Part shown: in pieces, positions 36,243 to 45,526 of the stretch
Layout: every line of letters starts with the position of its first letter
How positions within the stretch are numbered: position 1 is the first letter of the stretch
Assembly (NCBI GenBank): GCA_038060895.1
Contig: JBBTCT010000024.1
Span: 1-64,000, forward strand
Length of the DNA: 64,000 nucleotides
Reading direction: 5' to 3'
Source: Planctomycetota bacterium
Lineage (GTDB): Bacteria > Planctomycetota > MHYJ01 > WSZJ01
The notes under the pieces: generated by a model
Database searches by the model: none
Told to the model about the DNA's origin: nothing
Seen by the model: only the letters and a program-made list of their open reading frames with translations
Translations under genes and position numbers: made by a program

Positions 36243-37835
36243 CTACTTCCCTTTCTTGAATTCCTCCGGCCACTTGTGCTCCGCCCGTCCCATGATCTCC
36301 TCGACGACCTTCCCGGCCGCTTCCGCAGCTTCCTTCTTTCCGTCCTTCTTCGCGGTCTCGATGATCTCGCGGATCTCGGGGATGAACTCCGTGTACCAGC
36401 GCTCCGCGACCTCGAACATGCCGTGCCAGTGGGTGTAGTCGGGGGCCATCATCGAAGCGCCGTGGCGGGCGCGGCGGCCTTCGTGGTGCCAGATGAGGTA
36501 CCAGGACCACTCGACTTTTTCGTCGAAGTCCTTCTCGCTGAGCAGTCCGTTCTTCTTCATGGCCGCCATGATCGCCAGCCCCGGCTTGCCGAACTTCTCG
36601 TTGTAGAGGCGGACGAGGTCGTCGTACTGCTTGTAGAAGTTGTTCACGTAGTCGGGCGAATGGCAGTGCATGCAGGTGTCGGTCATGCGCTGCCGCTTCT
36701 GCTGCCAGGTGTCGACGATGAGCCCGCGGCGCTTCTCCGGGTCCGCTTCCTTCACGACGCCGTGCTGCGCGTCCGTATCCATGACGAGGCTGACGGGCGG
36801 GCGGTTGGTCCAGCTGATGCGCTCGCCGGGATCGTGCGTCGTCTTGCCGCCGTTGCGCATGTTGCCGCTCATGTGGCAGGTTGCGCAGGTCGGCGCGGCG
36901 CTGTAGTCCTTGCCGAGCACCCAGTCCTTCGCGTCCAGGTTCATCTTGTCGCGCAGGTCGCGGTACGCCACGCCGTGCTTCGACTCGTTGTAGATCTCCT
37001 CCTGCGGGTGGTCGGGGCCCAGGTGGCACTTGCCGCAGTTCTCCGGTTGCCGCGCGCGCCGCGGGCTGAAGTCGTGCCGGCTGTGGCACGCCGCGCAGGA
37101 GCCCAGCGAGCCGTCGAGGTTGATGCGCCCGATCCCCGTGTTCGGCCAGGTCTTCGAGTCCAGCATCGGCTTGCCCTTGGCATCCCTGGCCACGCGGCCG
37201 AGCGCCTCGGCGTTCGTCGGCTTTCCGTCGCTCCCCGGCTTCAGGTCGAGGTTCGTCACCGGCTTGCCGTCTTTGTCGAGAAGCGCCACCCGGCCGCCGT
37301 GGCACTGCTGGCAGCCGGAGTTCACGCTGGCCAGGCCGTTCACCTGCGCGGCCATCTCACGCCCGAGCGTCGGAGAGTGCGGGTTGAACGGCTCCCGCGA
37401 ACCTTCCACCGTCTCCGCCAGCAGGTTGTCCAGCGACGCCAGGATGTTCGCCGCCTTCGCATGGTGGCTGTGCGCGAACTCCTCCCCCTCCGTCACGTGG
37501 CACCGCGAGCAGTCCATCGGCGTCACCACCGTCGCAATCGTCTGCCCGTAGTGGCTGAACGCGTCCGCCTCCCCCTGCTGCGCCTGGTGACATTCGAAAC
37601 ACGCCACGCCCTTCTCCGCGTGCGTGCTTCCCTTCCAGTGCGCCACGATCCCAGGCGAGTTCTCCGCGTGGCAGTCCACGCACCCCTTCGACGACGCCGG
37701 CACCGCCACGTGCGCCGCCGACAGCCCCGCCTCCTCCCGCTTGCGCGTCACCTCCATCCACTGGACGAAGACGAGGCTCGTCAGGAAGAGCAACCCGAGG
37801 ATGAAGATGATCCGGCGTTTGGCTTCGAGGCTCAT
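36243..37835 (-). CDS. Octaheme hydroxylamine oxidoreductase (HAO)-like cytochrome c, N-terminally anchored
   Basis: 8 CxxCH; CGKCHLGPDHPQ..ESKHG, APTCATCH, RHGASMMAPDYTHWHG. Confidence 0.92.
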   Translation of the reverse strand: MSLEAKRRIIFILGLLFLTSLVFVQWMEVTRKREEAGLSAAHVAVPASSKGCVDCHAENSPGIVAHWKGSTHAEKGVACFECHQAQQGEADAFSHYGQTIATVVTPMDCSRCHVTEGEEFAHSHHAKAANILASLDNLLAETVEGSREPFNPHSPTLGREMAAQVNGLASVNSGCQQCHGGRVALLDKDGKPVTNLDLKPGSDGKPTNAEALGRVARDAKGKPMLDSKTWPNTGIGRINLDGSLGSCAACHSRHDFSPRRARQPENCGKCHLGPDHPQEEIYNESKHGVAYRDLRDKMNLDAKDWVLGKDYSAAPTCATCHMSGNMRNGGKTTHDPGERISWTNRPPVSLVMDTDAQHGVVKEADPEKRRGLIVDTWQQKRQRMTDTCMHCHSPDYVNNFYKQYDDLVRLYNEKFGKPGLAIMAAMKKNGLLSEKDFDEKVEWSWYLIWHHEGRRARHGASMMAPDYTHWHGMFEVAERWYTEFIPEIREIIETAKKDGKKEAAEAAGKVVEEIMGRAEHKWPEEFKKGK

Positions 37836-37844
37836 GGTGGGTTC

Positions 37845-38894
37845 CTAATGGGCTACGGCCGCTTCCCAGACGGTCAGCCCGATGATGGCGAGCACGGCGA
37901 GAATCCCGATGGCGACAGAGGCTTCCTGGAACTTCGACTTCCTGCGAATCCAGCCGTCGATGAAGGGCCAGATGAACATGGTGAAGGCGATGAAGCCGGA
38001 AGAGAGGATAGCGAAGGTGCCGGAGAAGAGCTTGAGCCAGCGGAAGGTGACGTAGAAGAACCACTCCGGCTTGATGACTTCGGGAGTGGAGAGCGGGTCG
38101 GCACGCGGGCCTAGCGTCGCAGGAAGGATCGTGGCCAGCGCCGAGAGGACGATCATGAGGACGAGACCGATGGAGAGCTCGGTGTAGAGGTGGTCGGGAA
38201 AAAATGGAAAGTGCTTCGGCTTGTCGGCGGGTTCGTCCTTGAACTGGAACTCCGTGACGCCCTGGAGGCGGATGAGGGCGATGTGGACGACGATCAGGCC
38301 GACCATGAGCGCCGGGAGAATGGCGGCGTGCACGATGAACAGGCGCGAGAGCGTGCGCTCGTTGTAGGCCTCGCCGCCGAGCATCATGTCGCGCATGAAG
38401 GGGCCGACGACGGGGACGCTTCCGCTGATGTTGGCGCCGACGGTCGTGCCCCAGTAGCTGAGCTGTTCGTAGACGAGGGAGTAACCGGTGAAGCCGGCCA
38501 TGAGCGTGCAGACGAGCAGGCACATCCCGATCATCCAGTTGATTTCGCGGGGCTTGCGGTAGGCGCCCGTGAAGAAGACGCGCATCTGGTGCAGGATTAC
38601 CGCGGCGATCATCAGCGTCGCGCCCCACTTGTGGACGCTTCGGAAATACCACCCGTACGCCGCCGTGTCCGTGATGTACTGCACCGACCCGTACGCCGTG
38701 CGCGGCGACGGCTCGTAGTAGAACGCGAGCAGGATCCCCGTCACGATCTGCACCACGAACAGGTACGCCGGCGTCCCGCCGAGCGCAAACCACCAGCGCT
38801 TCAGATGATTCGGCACCGGCTCATTCGACAGCTCCGCCAGCTGGTCGCCGTCAACCGGGATGCGTTCCTTCAGCCAGGCGATCGGGGAAATCAC
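37845..38894 (-). CDS. petB: Cytochrome b of a Rieske/cytb complex (unsplit)
   Basis: Four heme-ligand His, GYSL..QLSYWG, PEWF (PEWY-like). Confidence 0.93.
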   Translation of the reverse strand: MISPIAWLKERIPVDGDQLAELSNEPVPNHLKRWWFALGGTPAYLFVVQIVTGILLAFYYEPSPRTAYGSVQYITDTAAYGWYFRSVHKWGATLMIAAVILHQMRVFFTGAYRKPREINWMIGMCLLVCTLMAGFTGYSLVYEQLSYWGTTVGANISGSVPVVGPFMRDMMLGGEAYNERTLSRLFIVHAAILPALMVGLIVVHIALIRLQGVTEFQFKDEPADKPKHFPFFPDHLYTELSIGLVLMIVLSALATILPATLGPRADPLSTPEVIKPEWFFYVTFRWLKLFSGTFAILSSGFIAFTMFIWPFIDGWIRRKSKFQEASVAIGILAVLAIIGLTVWEAAVAH

Positions 38895-39592
38895 GCTTCC
38901 TCCGGGCCGGGCAGTCCTTCAAGGGGGACCTCGATGTAGAGGAGGCCGCCGTCGATGCGAAGCGGATACCGGCCGAGCGACTGGCCGGCTTCTTTCGGGG
39001 GCCCGGCGGTGGCCTTGCCGGACGGGTCGAACGCGCCGTTGTGGCAGGGGCAGAAGAAGCGCTGGTTCTGGCCTTCCCAGTGGACCTTGCACCCGAGGTG
39101 GGGGCAGGTGCTGGAGAGCGCGATGAAGTCGCCGACCTGTCCGGTCAGTCCCTGGCGCGCGACGGCGATGGTCGCGCCGTCGGGGGCGGTGTACGTGAGC
39201 GAAGCGCCCGGTTTCATGGCGGCGACTTCGATGACGAAGAGCCAGCCTTTCAGGGGCGGATGCGCCGGGTACAGGAATCGGCCGGCCATCGCGGCGAAGA
39301 CGCCGTAGCTTCCGACCAGGCCGGCGCCCATAGCGATCGACGAAGCGCGGGAAAGGAAACTGCGCCGGTCGATCGCCTCGGGCAGGGCTGGCGGTTCGGC
39401 TTCGGCGACGGGCTCGGGAGCGTTCCAGGCAGGGGCGGGCTCAGGGTCGGCTTGATTCGCGGGTGCGGGCGCAGGAATTTCGGCCGGGGGCGCGGAATCT
39501 CCCACGAGCCAGTTGTCCGGCGCGGGCTCGCCGGCCGGCGAGGACGGTGGAGGCGTCGGCTGACCGTCTTCCTGCGGAGTCTCTTCGCTCAT
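38891..39592 (-). CDS. Rieske 2Fe-2S protein with Tat-type anchor
   Basis: DRRSFL; CPHLGC and CPCHNG boxes; overlaps the cytochrome b start. Confidence 0.95.
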   Translation of the reverse strand: MSEETPQEDGQPTPPPSSPAGEPAPDNWLVGDSAPPAEIPAPAPANQADPEPAPAWNAPEPVAEAEPPALPEAIDRRSFLSRASSIAMGAGLVGSYGVFAAMAGRFLYPAHPPLKGWLFVIEVAAMKPGASLTYTAPDGATIAVARQGLTGQVGDFIALSSTCPHLGCKVHWEGQNQRFFCPCHNGAFDPSGKATAGPPKEAGQSLGRYPLRIDGGLLYIEVPLEGLPGPEEA

Positions 39593-39793
39593 CCGCTCCC
39601 TCAAAGATGCATTCCCGGTGTGGGGAACATCGTCCCCTTGCGGGAGTATGGGCAGCCCGCGACGATTCCATCAAATCCTCTGCAGAATCCAGGCCACGTA
39701 TTCCGGCCCAGTTCCGTGCGGAAGACGTTTCACAACTCATGCGGCCAGCGCGAAATCCCGCTTCACAGTGTATTTCTCCGCATTTTGCAGTTA

Positions 39794-40930
39794 CTACCTT
39801 CCCTTCATCCGCGCTTCCACGCCGAGAATCCGCTTCGCCTGCTTCGCGCCGGCCTTCATCAGCGCGGCGACGACTTCGTCGCGACGTTTGTAGAGCCGCT
39901 TCAGTTTGCGCGGCTTGTGGCGCGTGAGCATGTACTGGGCAAGAAGAGGGGCGGCGATCGTCGAGTCGGTGTAGCAGACGATGGAGTCGGGGAGTTTGTC
40001 GGGGTCGACCTTGCCCCAGGTCACGGCCTCTCCGGGCGTCGCGCCCGACAGGCCGCCGGTGTCGGCGCGCGCGTCGGTGATCTGGATGAAGAAATCGTGG
40101 CCGCGCTCGTTCACGTAGAGGATTTCCTGGATGAAGGGCTCCGTCTGGAGCATGTAGTTCTTCGGAGTGCCGCCGCCGAGGATGAGGACGGCCGACCGGC
40201 CGCCGCGGACCTTGGCGTCGTAGATATAGGCCGCGCTCTCGAAGATGTCGCGGTTCATGTCGAGCTTGAGCGAGGAGCCCGTGAGCGCGGCGGCGGCGAC
40301 GTTCATGCCGATCGTGCCGTCGCCGGGGGCGGGCGTGAAGATCGGGACGTCGGCGCGGTAGCACGCGGCGAGCAGCGACCGCTCTTTCAGCTTCAGCTTG
40401 CGCTCCGTCTCCGCGACGTACTTCCCGAGCCGCCAGTGCAGCTCCGTCGTCCCCATCTCCTTCTGGAACTCGGGCTGCCGGCAGACGCTGCGCACGTACG
40501 CATCGCTGTCGAGCAGCACGTCCTGGTCGAAAACGATGTCGTAGATCCGGATGAGCTTCCTGTCGCGCAGGTCCACGTCGTCCACGAACGGCGAGCTCTC
40601 GAAGAGGTCGTAGCCGATGCCGAAGTGGATGTCGTGATACAGGTTGGCGCCGGTGGAAATGATGTAGTCCACGAAACCGGCCTTCACGAGCGGGATGAGC
40701 ACCCCCGCGCCGAGTCCCGCCGGCGTCAGTGCGCCGCTGAGCGAAATCCCCACCGTGACGTCGGGATCCAGCGCCTTCCTGACCATCAGCTGCGCCGCTT
40801 CTTTCAGGCGCGCCGAGTTGTAAGCAAGAAAGTATCCGTCCAGCAGGTCCGCCGCGCCCATCCCGCCCTTCATGCCGGGGGGGTCAATCTTGCGCTTCTT
40901 GTACGGGCCCAGGCCTTTGAATTTCGACAT
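39794..40930 (-). CDS. Deoxyhypusine synthase family protein (homospermidine synthase-like)
   Basis: SGALTPAG, STGANLYHD, GGGTPKN, GGLSGATPGEAVTWGK. Confidence 0.93.
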   Translation of the reverse strand: MSKFKGLGPYKKRKIDPPGMKGGMGAADLLDGYFLAYNSARLKEAAQLMVRKALDPDVTVGISLSGALTPAGLGAGVLIPLVKAGFVDYIISTGANLYHDIHFGIGYDLFESSPFVDDVDLRDRKLIRIYDIVFDQDVLLDSDAYVRSVCRQPEFQKEMGTTELHWRLGKYVAETERKLKLKERSLLAACYRADVPIFTPAPGDGTIGMNVAAAALTGSSLKLDMNRDIFESAAYIYDAKVRGGRSAVLILGGGTPKNYMLQTEPFIQEILYVNERGHDFFIQITDARADTGGLSGATPGEAVTWGKVDPDKLPDSIVCYTDSTIAAPLLAQYMLTRHKPRKLKRLYKRRDEVVAALMKAGAKQAKRILGVEARMKGR

Positions 40931-40994
40931 GGAGCGTCCTCACCAGTTCGGGGGAGGGCGTATTCTGCGGGAAGAACGCGATGCGTAAAGGAAT

Positions 40995-41111
40995 GCTGGC
41001 GGAGGCGGGCGGAGGCTAAAGACGAGTGCAAGAAGCTGCGGCATCGATTCAAACCACGCGAGAACCCGATCCGTTCGGAATCCGCAGCCTCTGCAGCCTC
41101 CGCCAGCCTCC
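40995..41111. repeat. Inverted repeat built from ~10-nt units (ggcggaggc / cagcctccgc)
   Basis: Left arm 40995-41017, right arm 41085-41111. Confidence 0.7.
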
Positions 41112-41118
41112 CGTTCCC

Positions 41119-42219
41119 CTACCCCCAGCTCTCAACCTGCTTCAACGCCTCGACCAGCGACGCCCCCGTCTTCGCGCGCAACAAGTTAACGGCCTTCAGC
41201 TTGTCTCCGCGCTTGATCAGCTCGCCGACTTCGTGCCGATACTCGAAGCGGTCGCCGGGCTCGTACGACAGGTTGGCCGCCGCGGCCGTCTCTCGCTGCG
41301 GCGCCGGCCCGAAGGGCGGCACGCGCTGCTGCATCTCCATCACGACCTCGGGCTGGTACGTGGCCGTCGGCGCGCCCGTCGGCACGGGGACGTAGGGCGG
41401 CGGCGCGGGACGCTCGACCGTGCGTCCGCGCAAGTTCTCCGGCGGCTGCTCGGGTTCGGGAAGCTTGATGACGGGATCCATCGAAGTGGGGCGGTCGATG
41501 CCCGAAGAACGCATGTTGATGGGCGCGGGCGCCGGAGCCGGCGGGGGCGCGGGGCGGACCGCAGGAATCTCGGAGACGCGCGCGTCGCTGCTCATCCAGC
41601 CCGACGGCGCCGCGGCCGGCTTCGGCGCCGCCTGCACCGGCGACGGCGTTGCTGCCGGCGTCGCAGTCCCCGTGCTCGCTTCACGCACCCCCGGCGCAAT
41701 CGAGACCAGCCCCTGGTACTTCGCCGGAACTTTCCCCGCCGCGACTCCCGCCGTCAGCGACATGCGCGCCGTCGTCTTCGAGGCCGCATCCCCCGACTGC
41801 AGGATCTGCGCCAGCACTTCGCACAGCGCGTTCGACATCGCCAGCGACACCTTCGGCTTCATCAGCCGCGCCCCGATCACCGCCACCGGCGCCCGCTTCG
41901 CCAGCGCCGGCGTCGCCAGTGCGCGCACGCAGTGGATCATCGAAACCGGGTCTTCCTTCTTCAGCTCCTCGACCACCGCGCCGGCCGCGGGCTCGCCGAT
42001 CGCCGAAAGCGCCATCGAACACCGCTCCGCGATCGTGATCATCCGCTCGCTGCCGTCCGTCATCTTCACGTTCACGCCGTCGATGTCCCTGAGAAGCGGC
42101 ACGAGCTTGGGAACCGCCGGGGCCGCCGCGGGGCCCATCTTGTAAAGGGCGGTGATGGCCTTGAAGCGGACCTCGGGGTCGGTGGAATCAAGGTCGGGGA
42201 CGATGTCGATGAGGCCCAT
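41119..42219 (-). CDS. HEAT-repeat protein with Pro-rich linker and C-terminal L7/L12-CTD-like domain
   Basis: DPEVRFKAITALYKMGPAAAPAVPKL; KLKAVNLLRAKTGASLVEALKQVE. Confidence 0.7.
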   Translation of the reverse strand: MGLIDIVPDLDSTDPEVRFKAITALYKMGPAAAPAVPKLVPLLRDIDGVNVKMTDGSERMITIAERCSMALSAIGEPAAGAVVEELKKEDPVSMIHCVRALATPALAKRAPVAVIGARLMKPKVSLAMSNALCEVLAQILQSGDAASKTTARMSLTAGVAAGKVPAKYQGLVSIAPGVREASTGTATPAATPSPVQAAPKPAAAPSGWMSSDARVSEIPAVRPAPPPAPAPAPINMRSSGIDRPTSMDPVIKLPEPEQPPENLRGRTVERPAPPPYVPVPTGAPTATYQPEVVMEMQQRVPPFGPAPQRETAAAANLSYEPGDRFEYRHEVGELIKRGDKLKAVNLLRAKTGASLVEALKQVESWG

Positions 42220-42308
42220 GAGCGGTTCCCTTGAAGTGAAGCGGGGATTCTACGGCAGGAGTCGTCGCGACGAAAGGAAGTTGGGCCGCAGGGTCTATAA
42301 TCCCGTCG

Positions 42309-43190
42309 ATGTCGAGCGAAGACCCCACGAGGACGCAGCTGGTCAGCGCATTTCTGACGAAGCTGCTGGACGACACCGGGTACCTGGTGCGCCTTTACCC
42401 CGTCGCGGTCGGCGAAGGCGTGATCGCGATGCCGCGTGGCGGCGCGCTGATCGGGCGCGACGCGGAGTGCGGGGTCGTCCTCGAGGACACCGATGTGTCG
42501 CGCCGCCACGCGTCGATCGAACTCAAGGACGACGCTTACATCCTCAAGGATCTCGGGAGCCGGAACGGGACGACCGTGAACGACCACCGGGTGACGGAAG
42601 CGCCGCTGCAGTCGGGCGATCGGATCGGGATCGGCCGCGTCATCCTGAAATTCATGCGCGGTTACGACGTCGAGAAGCAGTACCACGAGACGATCTACGC
42701 GATGACGATCCAGGACGCGCTTACGGGGATTCCCAACCGGCGCTATCTCATGGAAGCGCTTCGCCGCGAGCTTGTCCGCGCGCACCGGCACCGGCGCCCG
42801 CTGTCGATCGCGATGATCGACATCGATCACTTCAAGAAGGTCAACGACCGCTACGGCCACTTTTCAGGCGACGCCGTGCTGCGCGAAGCCTGCGTTCGCT
42901 TCCGTGCTTCCGTCCGCGCCGACGAGGTCATCGCGCGTTACGGGGGGGAAGAGTTCGTGCTGGTCCTGCCGGAAGCGACGCCCGAGCAGGCGAGAGAGAT
43001 GGCGGAGCGGCTGCGGGCGCTGGCCGCGGCGAAACCGGTGGCGGTGAATGCGGTTTCGATCCCGGTGACGGTGAGCATCGGGCTGGCGTACACGCAGGGT
43101 GAGGACGTCACGGCGGAGGAATTGATTTCGCGCGCGGACAAGAAGCTGTACGACGCGAAGACGACGGGGCGGAACAGGGTGTGCGGGTAA
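42309..43190 (+). CDS. FHA-GGDEF diguanylate cyclase
   Basis: IGR..VSRRHA..SRNGT FHA; DALTG, DIDHFKKVND, RYGGEEF. Confidence 0.95.
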   Translation: MSSEDPTRTQLVSAFLTKLLDDTGYLVRLYPVAVGEGVIAMPRGGALIGRDAECGVVLEDTDVSRRHASIELKDDAYILKDLGSRNGTTVNDHRVTEAPLQSGDRIGIGRVILKFMRGYDVEKQYHETIYAMTIQDALTGIPNRRYLMEALRRELVRAHRHRRPLSIAMIDIDHFKKVNDRYGHFSGDAVLREACVRFRASVRADEVIARYGGEEFVLVLPEATPEQAREMAERLRALAAAKPVAVNAVSIPVTVSIGLAYTQGEDVTAEELISRADKKLYDAKTTGRNRVCG

Positions 43191-43238
43191 TTCAAATACT
43201 TAATTTATAATTACTAATTTATAATTATAAATTATGAA
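43191..43238. other. Extremely AT-rich spacer between convergent genes
   Basis: ttcaaatacttaatttataattactaatttataattataaattatgaa. Confidence 0.8.
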
Positions 43239-44255
43239 TTAGACGTTCAAGTTGCGAAACGCCTGCACCGCACCCGCGACCGCGTCTTTCCCCACGTCGT
43301 TGTGCGTGATGAGCCGGACGCGCGCGGCGTCCGCGGGCGTCGCGAGGATGCCGGCTTTTTTTAACTGCGCGATCACGAAATCGCTGGTCTTGCCCGTCTC
43401 GCGCACGTCGATAATCACGATGTTGGTTTCGGGGGGATCGGCCTTGAAGCGCGTGCCCTGCAGGCCTGCCGCCAGGGTGCGAGCGTTCTCGTGGTCCTCG
43501 GCGAGACGATCAACCATGGTCATGACGCCGACGAGCCCGGCCGCCGCGAGCACGCCGGACTGGCGCATCCCGCCGCCGAGGAGTTTGCGCCACTTGCGCG
43601 CCTTCTCGATGAAATCCGCCGGGCCGCAAAGCACGCTCCCCGCCGGACCCGCAAGCCCCTTCGAGAGGGACAGCATCACGCTGTCGGCATACTGCGCGAT
43701 CTCGAACGGCTCGACCTTCTGCGCGACGGCCGCGTTCCAGAGGCGGGCGCCGTCGAGGTGAAGCGAAAGTCCATTCTCCGTGGTGAATGCGCGGATTTCC
43801 TTCAGCACGGCGGCCGGGTAGCACGTCCCGCCGGTCATGTTCGTCGTGTTCTCGATGCAGACGAGCGACGGGGCGCTGAAGTAGTACGTCTTCGGCCGCA
43901 GTTCCCGCGCCAGCGCCGGGACGCGGATGATCCCTCGCTCCCCTTCGACGACCCGCGGCAGCACGCCCGCCACAACCGCGAACGCGGCCATCTCGTAGTT
44001 CATGATGTGCGACCGGCGCTCCAGCAGGATCTCGTCGCCCGGCTCCGTCCAGCACTTGATCGCCACCTGGTTCGCCATCGTGCCGGTCGGGAAAAACAGC
44101 CCCGCTTCCTTCTTCACCTTCCACGCCACGACTTCCTGCAGCTTGTTGACCGTCGGGTCCTCGCCGAACACGTCGTCCCCGACTTCGGCCTTCGCCATCG
44201 CCTCGCGCATCGCGGGCGTCGGTTTCGTCACGGTGTCGCTTCGGAAGTCGAACAT
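43239..44255 (-). CDS. ltaE: Low-specificity L-threonine aldolase
   Basis: DFRSDTVTKP, GDDVFGEDPT, HLDGAR, LSKGL (PLP lysine). Confidence 0.96.
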   Translation of the reverse strand: MFDFRSDTVTKPTPAMREAMAKAEVGDDVFGEDPTVNKLQEVVAWKVKKEAGLFFPTGTMANQVAIKCWTEPGDEILLERRSHIMNYEMAAFAVVAGVLPRVVEGERGIIRVPALARELRPKTYYFSAPSLVCIENTTNMTGGTCYPAAVLKEIRAFTTENGLSLHLDGARLWNAAVAQKVEPFEIAQYADSVMLSLSKGLAGPAGSVLCGPADFIEKARKWRKLLGGGMRQSGVLAAAGLVGVMTMVDRLAEDHENARTLAAGLQGTRFKADPPETNIVIIDVRETGKTSDFVIAQLKKAGILATPADAARVRLITHNDVGKDAVAGAVQAFRNLNV

Positions 44256-44359
44256 GGGAGGGTCCCCTGAAGAGCTCTCTGCGAGAGGTTAGGTCCGCGC
44301 CCTGCGCCTGTGAACGAATCTCGCCGAACCTCCAGCGGGCCGCGTCGTTAAACTGAGCC

Positions 44360-45526
44360 ATGAGAATCCTCTTCCTGTTCCTCGCCGTTTCCGTCGCCTC
44401 CGCCGACGACCTCGACGACCGCATCCGCGCCGCGCAGGCCCAGCTCGAATCGGACGACTCCGCGGTCAGGGACAAGGGAGAAGCGGACCTGGTCGCGCTC
44501 GCTTCGGAAGCAGGGGCTCGGCTCAAGCCGCTTCTCGACCACCCCGACGCCGAGGTCCGCGCCCGCGTGTCGCGCGCGCTCGACCGCGCCGGGATCATTC
44601 CCGAGGAAGGCAAGACGGCGCTCCTCCGCGAACTTTTCGAAGTCCTGGCAAAGGCGGGAACGCCGGACGAAGCGCGCCTCGGGACGGTGCGCGACATTCT
44701 TGAACTTCACCCGCGGACCGCCGCGTTCATTTCGCGCGAGCTCGCCGAAGGAAAGCTGACGTGGGATTCCGACAGGACGCGCGTCGTCCCGCCGGGCCGC
44801 GTCGCGGTCGAATTCGAGGCCACGAACGAAGGAGACTGCGCCGCCTGGGTCCGCCCTTCGCGCTGGTACGTCCTCCCTCGCTTCAAGCAGTTCGGCGAGC
44901 GCCCCGGCCGCATGTCGCTTTACTCCGGCGCCGCGGGCGGCCTTGTGGGCCTGCTGCACCGCGACCGGAGTGCCGAGGACTCGATGGTGCTCGCGCTCGC
45001 TTCGATGGTCCGCGTCCCGCCCAAGGGGCGGCAAGGGGTTGTTTCCGGTGCCATCGTCGAAACGCGCTGCGGCTCCATGACATTCCAGGCCCAGGCGATG
45101 GGGTACTCGCCCCGCGCCTTTGAAGCGACGTTCTCAGGAACAGTGCTCAGGCTTCCGGAAGCCGATCCGGGGACCTCCATCTCGGCCGTACGAATCCTGC
45201 TCCAGGAAAAGACCGGCAGGGTGTTCCGGGCATCGTCCTGGGAAAAAGACGGCTCGAGAGGACTGGATGTGACGCCGCTGGAGGACGCGCCGGCGCTGAA
45301 GCTCGACAATTTCGACCCGTTCTGGTGGGTGGCGATGGACGAGAAGGGCGAGTTCCTGGACGAAGGCGCCTTTTCGACCGAGGCGGCAGACCTGGCCGCG
45401 TGGAAGAAAAATGAGGCCCGCCGGGTCAAGATGCGCGGCGGCCCTCCGGCGGGGACGAAGACGCTCTGGATGGGCTTCAGCGGCGGAGGCGACGAGTGCG
45501 TGCCGGCACCGGTGGAGCTGAAGTAG
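44360..45526 (+). CDS. Secreted hypothetical protein with N-terminal HEAT-like repeat
   Basis: Short signal peptide; LDHPDAEVRARV. Confidence 0.7.
   Translation: MRILFLFLAVSVASADDLDDRIRAAQAQLESDDSAVRDKGEADLVALASEAGARLKPLLDHPDAEVRARVSRALDRAGIIPEEGKTALLRELFEVLAKAGTPDEARLGTVRDILELHPRTAAFISRELAEGKLTWDSDRTRVVPPGRVAVEFEATNEGDCAAWVRPSRWYVLPRFKQFGERPGRMSLYSGAAGGLVGLLHRDRSAEDSMVLALASMVRVPPKGRQGVVSGAIVETRCGSMTFQAQAMGYSPRAFEATFSGTVLRLPEADPGTSISAVRILLQEKTGRVFRASSWEKDGSRGLDVTPLEDAPALKLDNFDPFWWVAMDEKGEFLDEGAFSTEAADLAAWKKNEARRVKMRGGPPAGTKTLWMGFSGGGDECVPAPVELK

Noticed and set aside
36243-37835. Evidence for anammox or ammonia oxidation
   Set aside because: No hzs, hdh, amo or cycA/B in the window; the C-terminal motif points to the non-crosslinked HAO-like group, and GC is high
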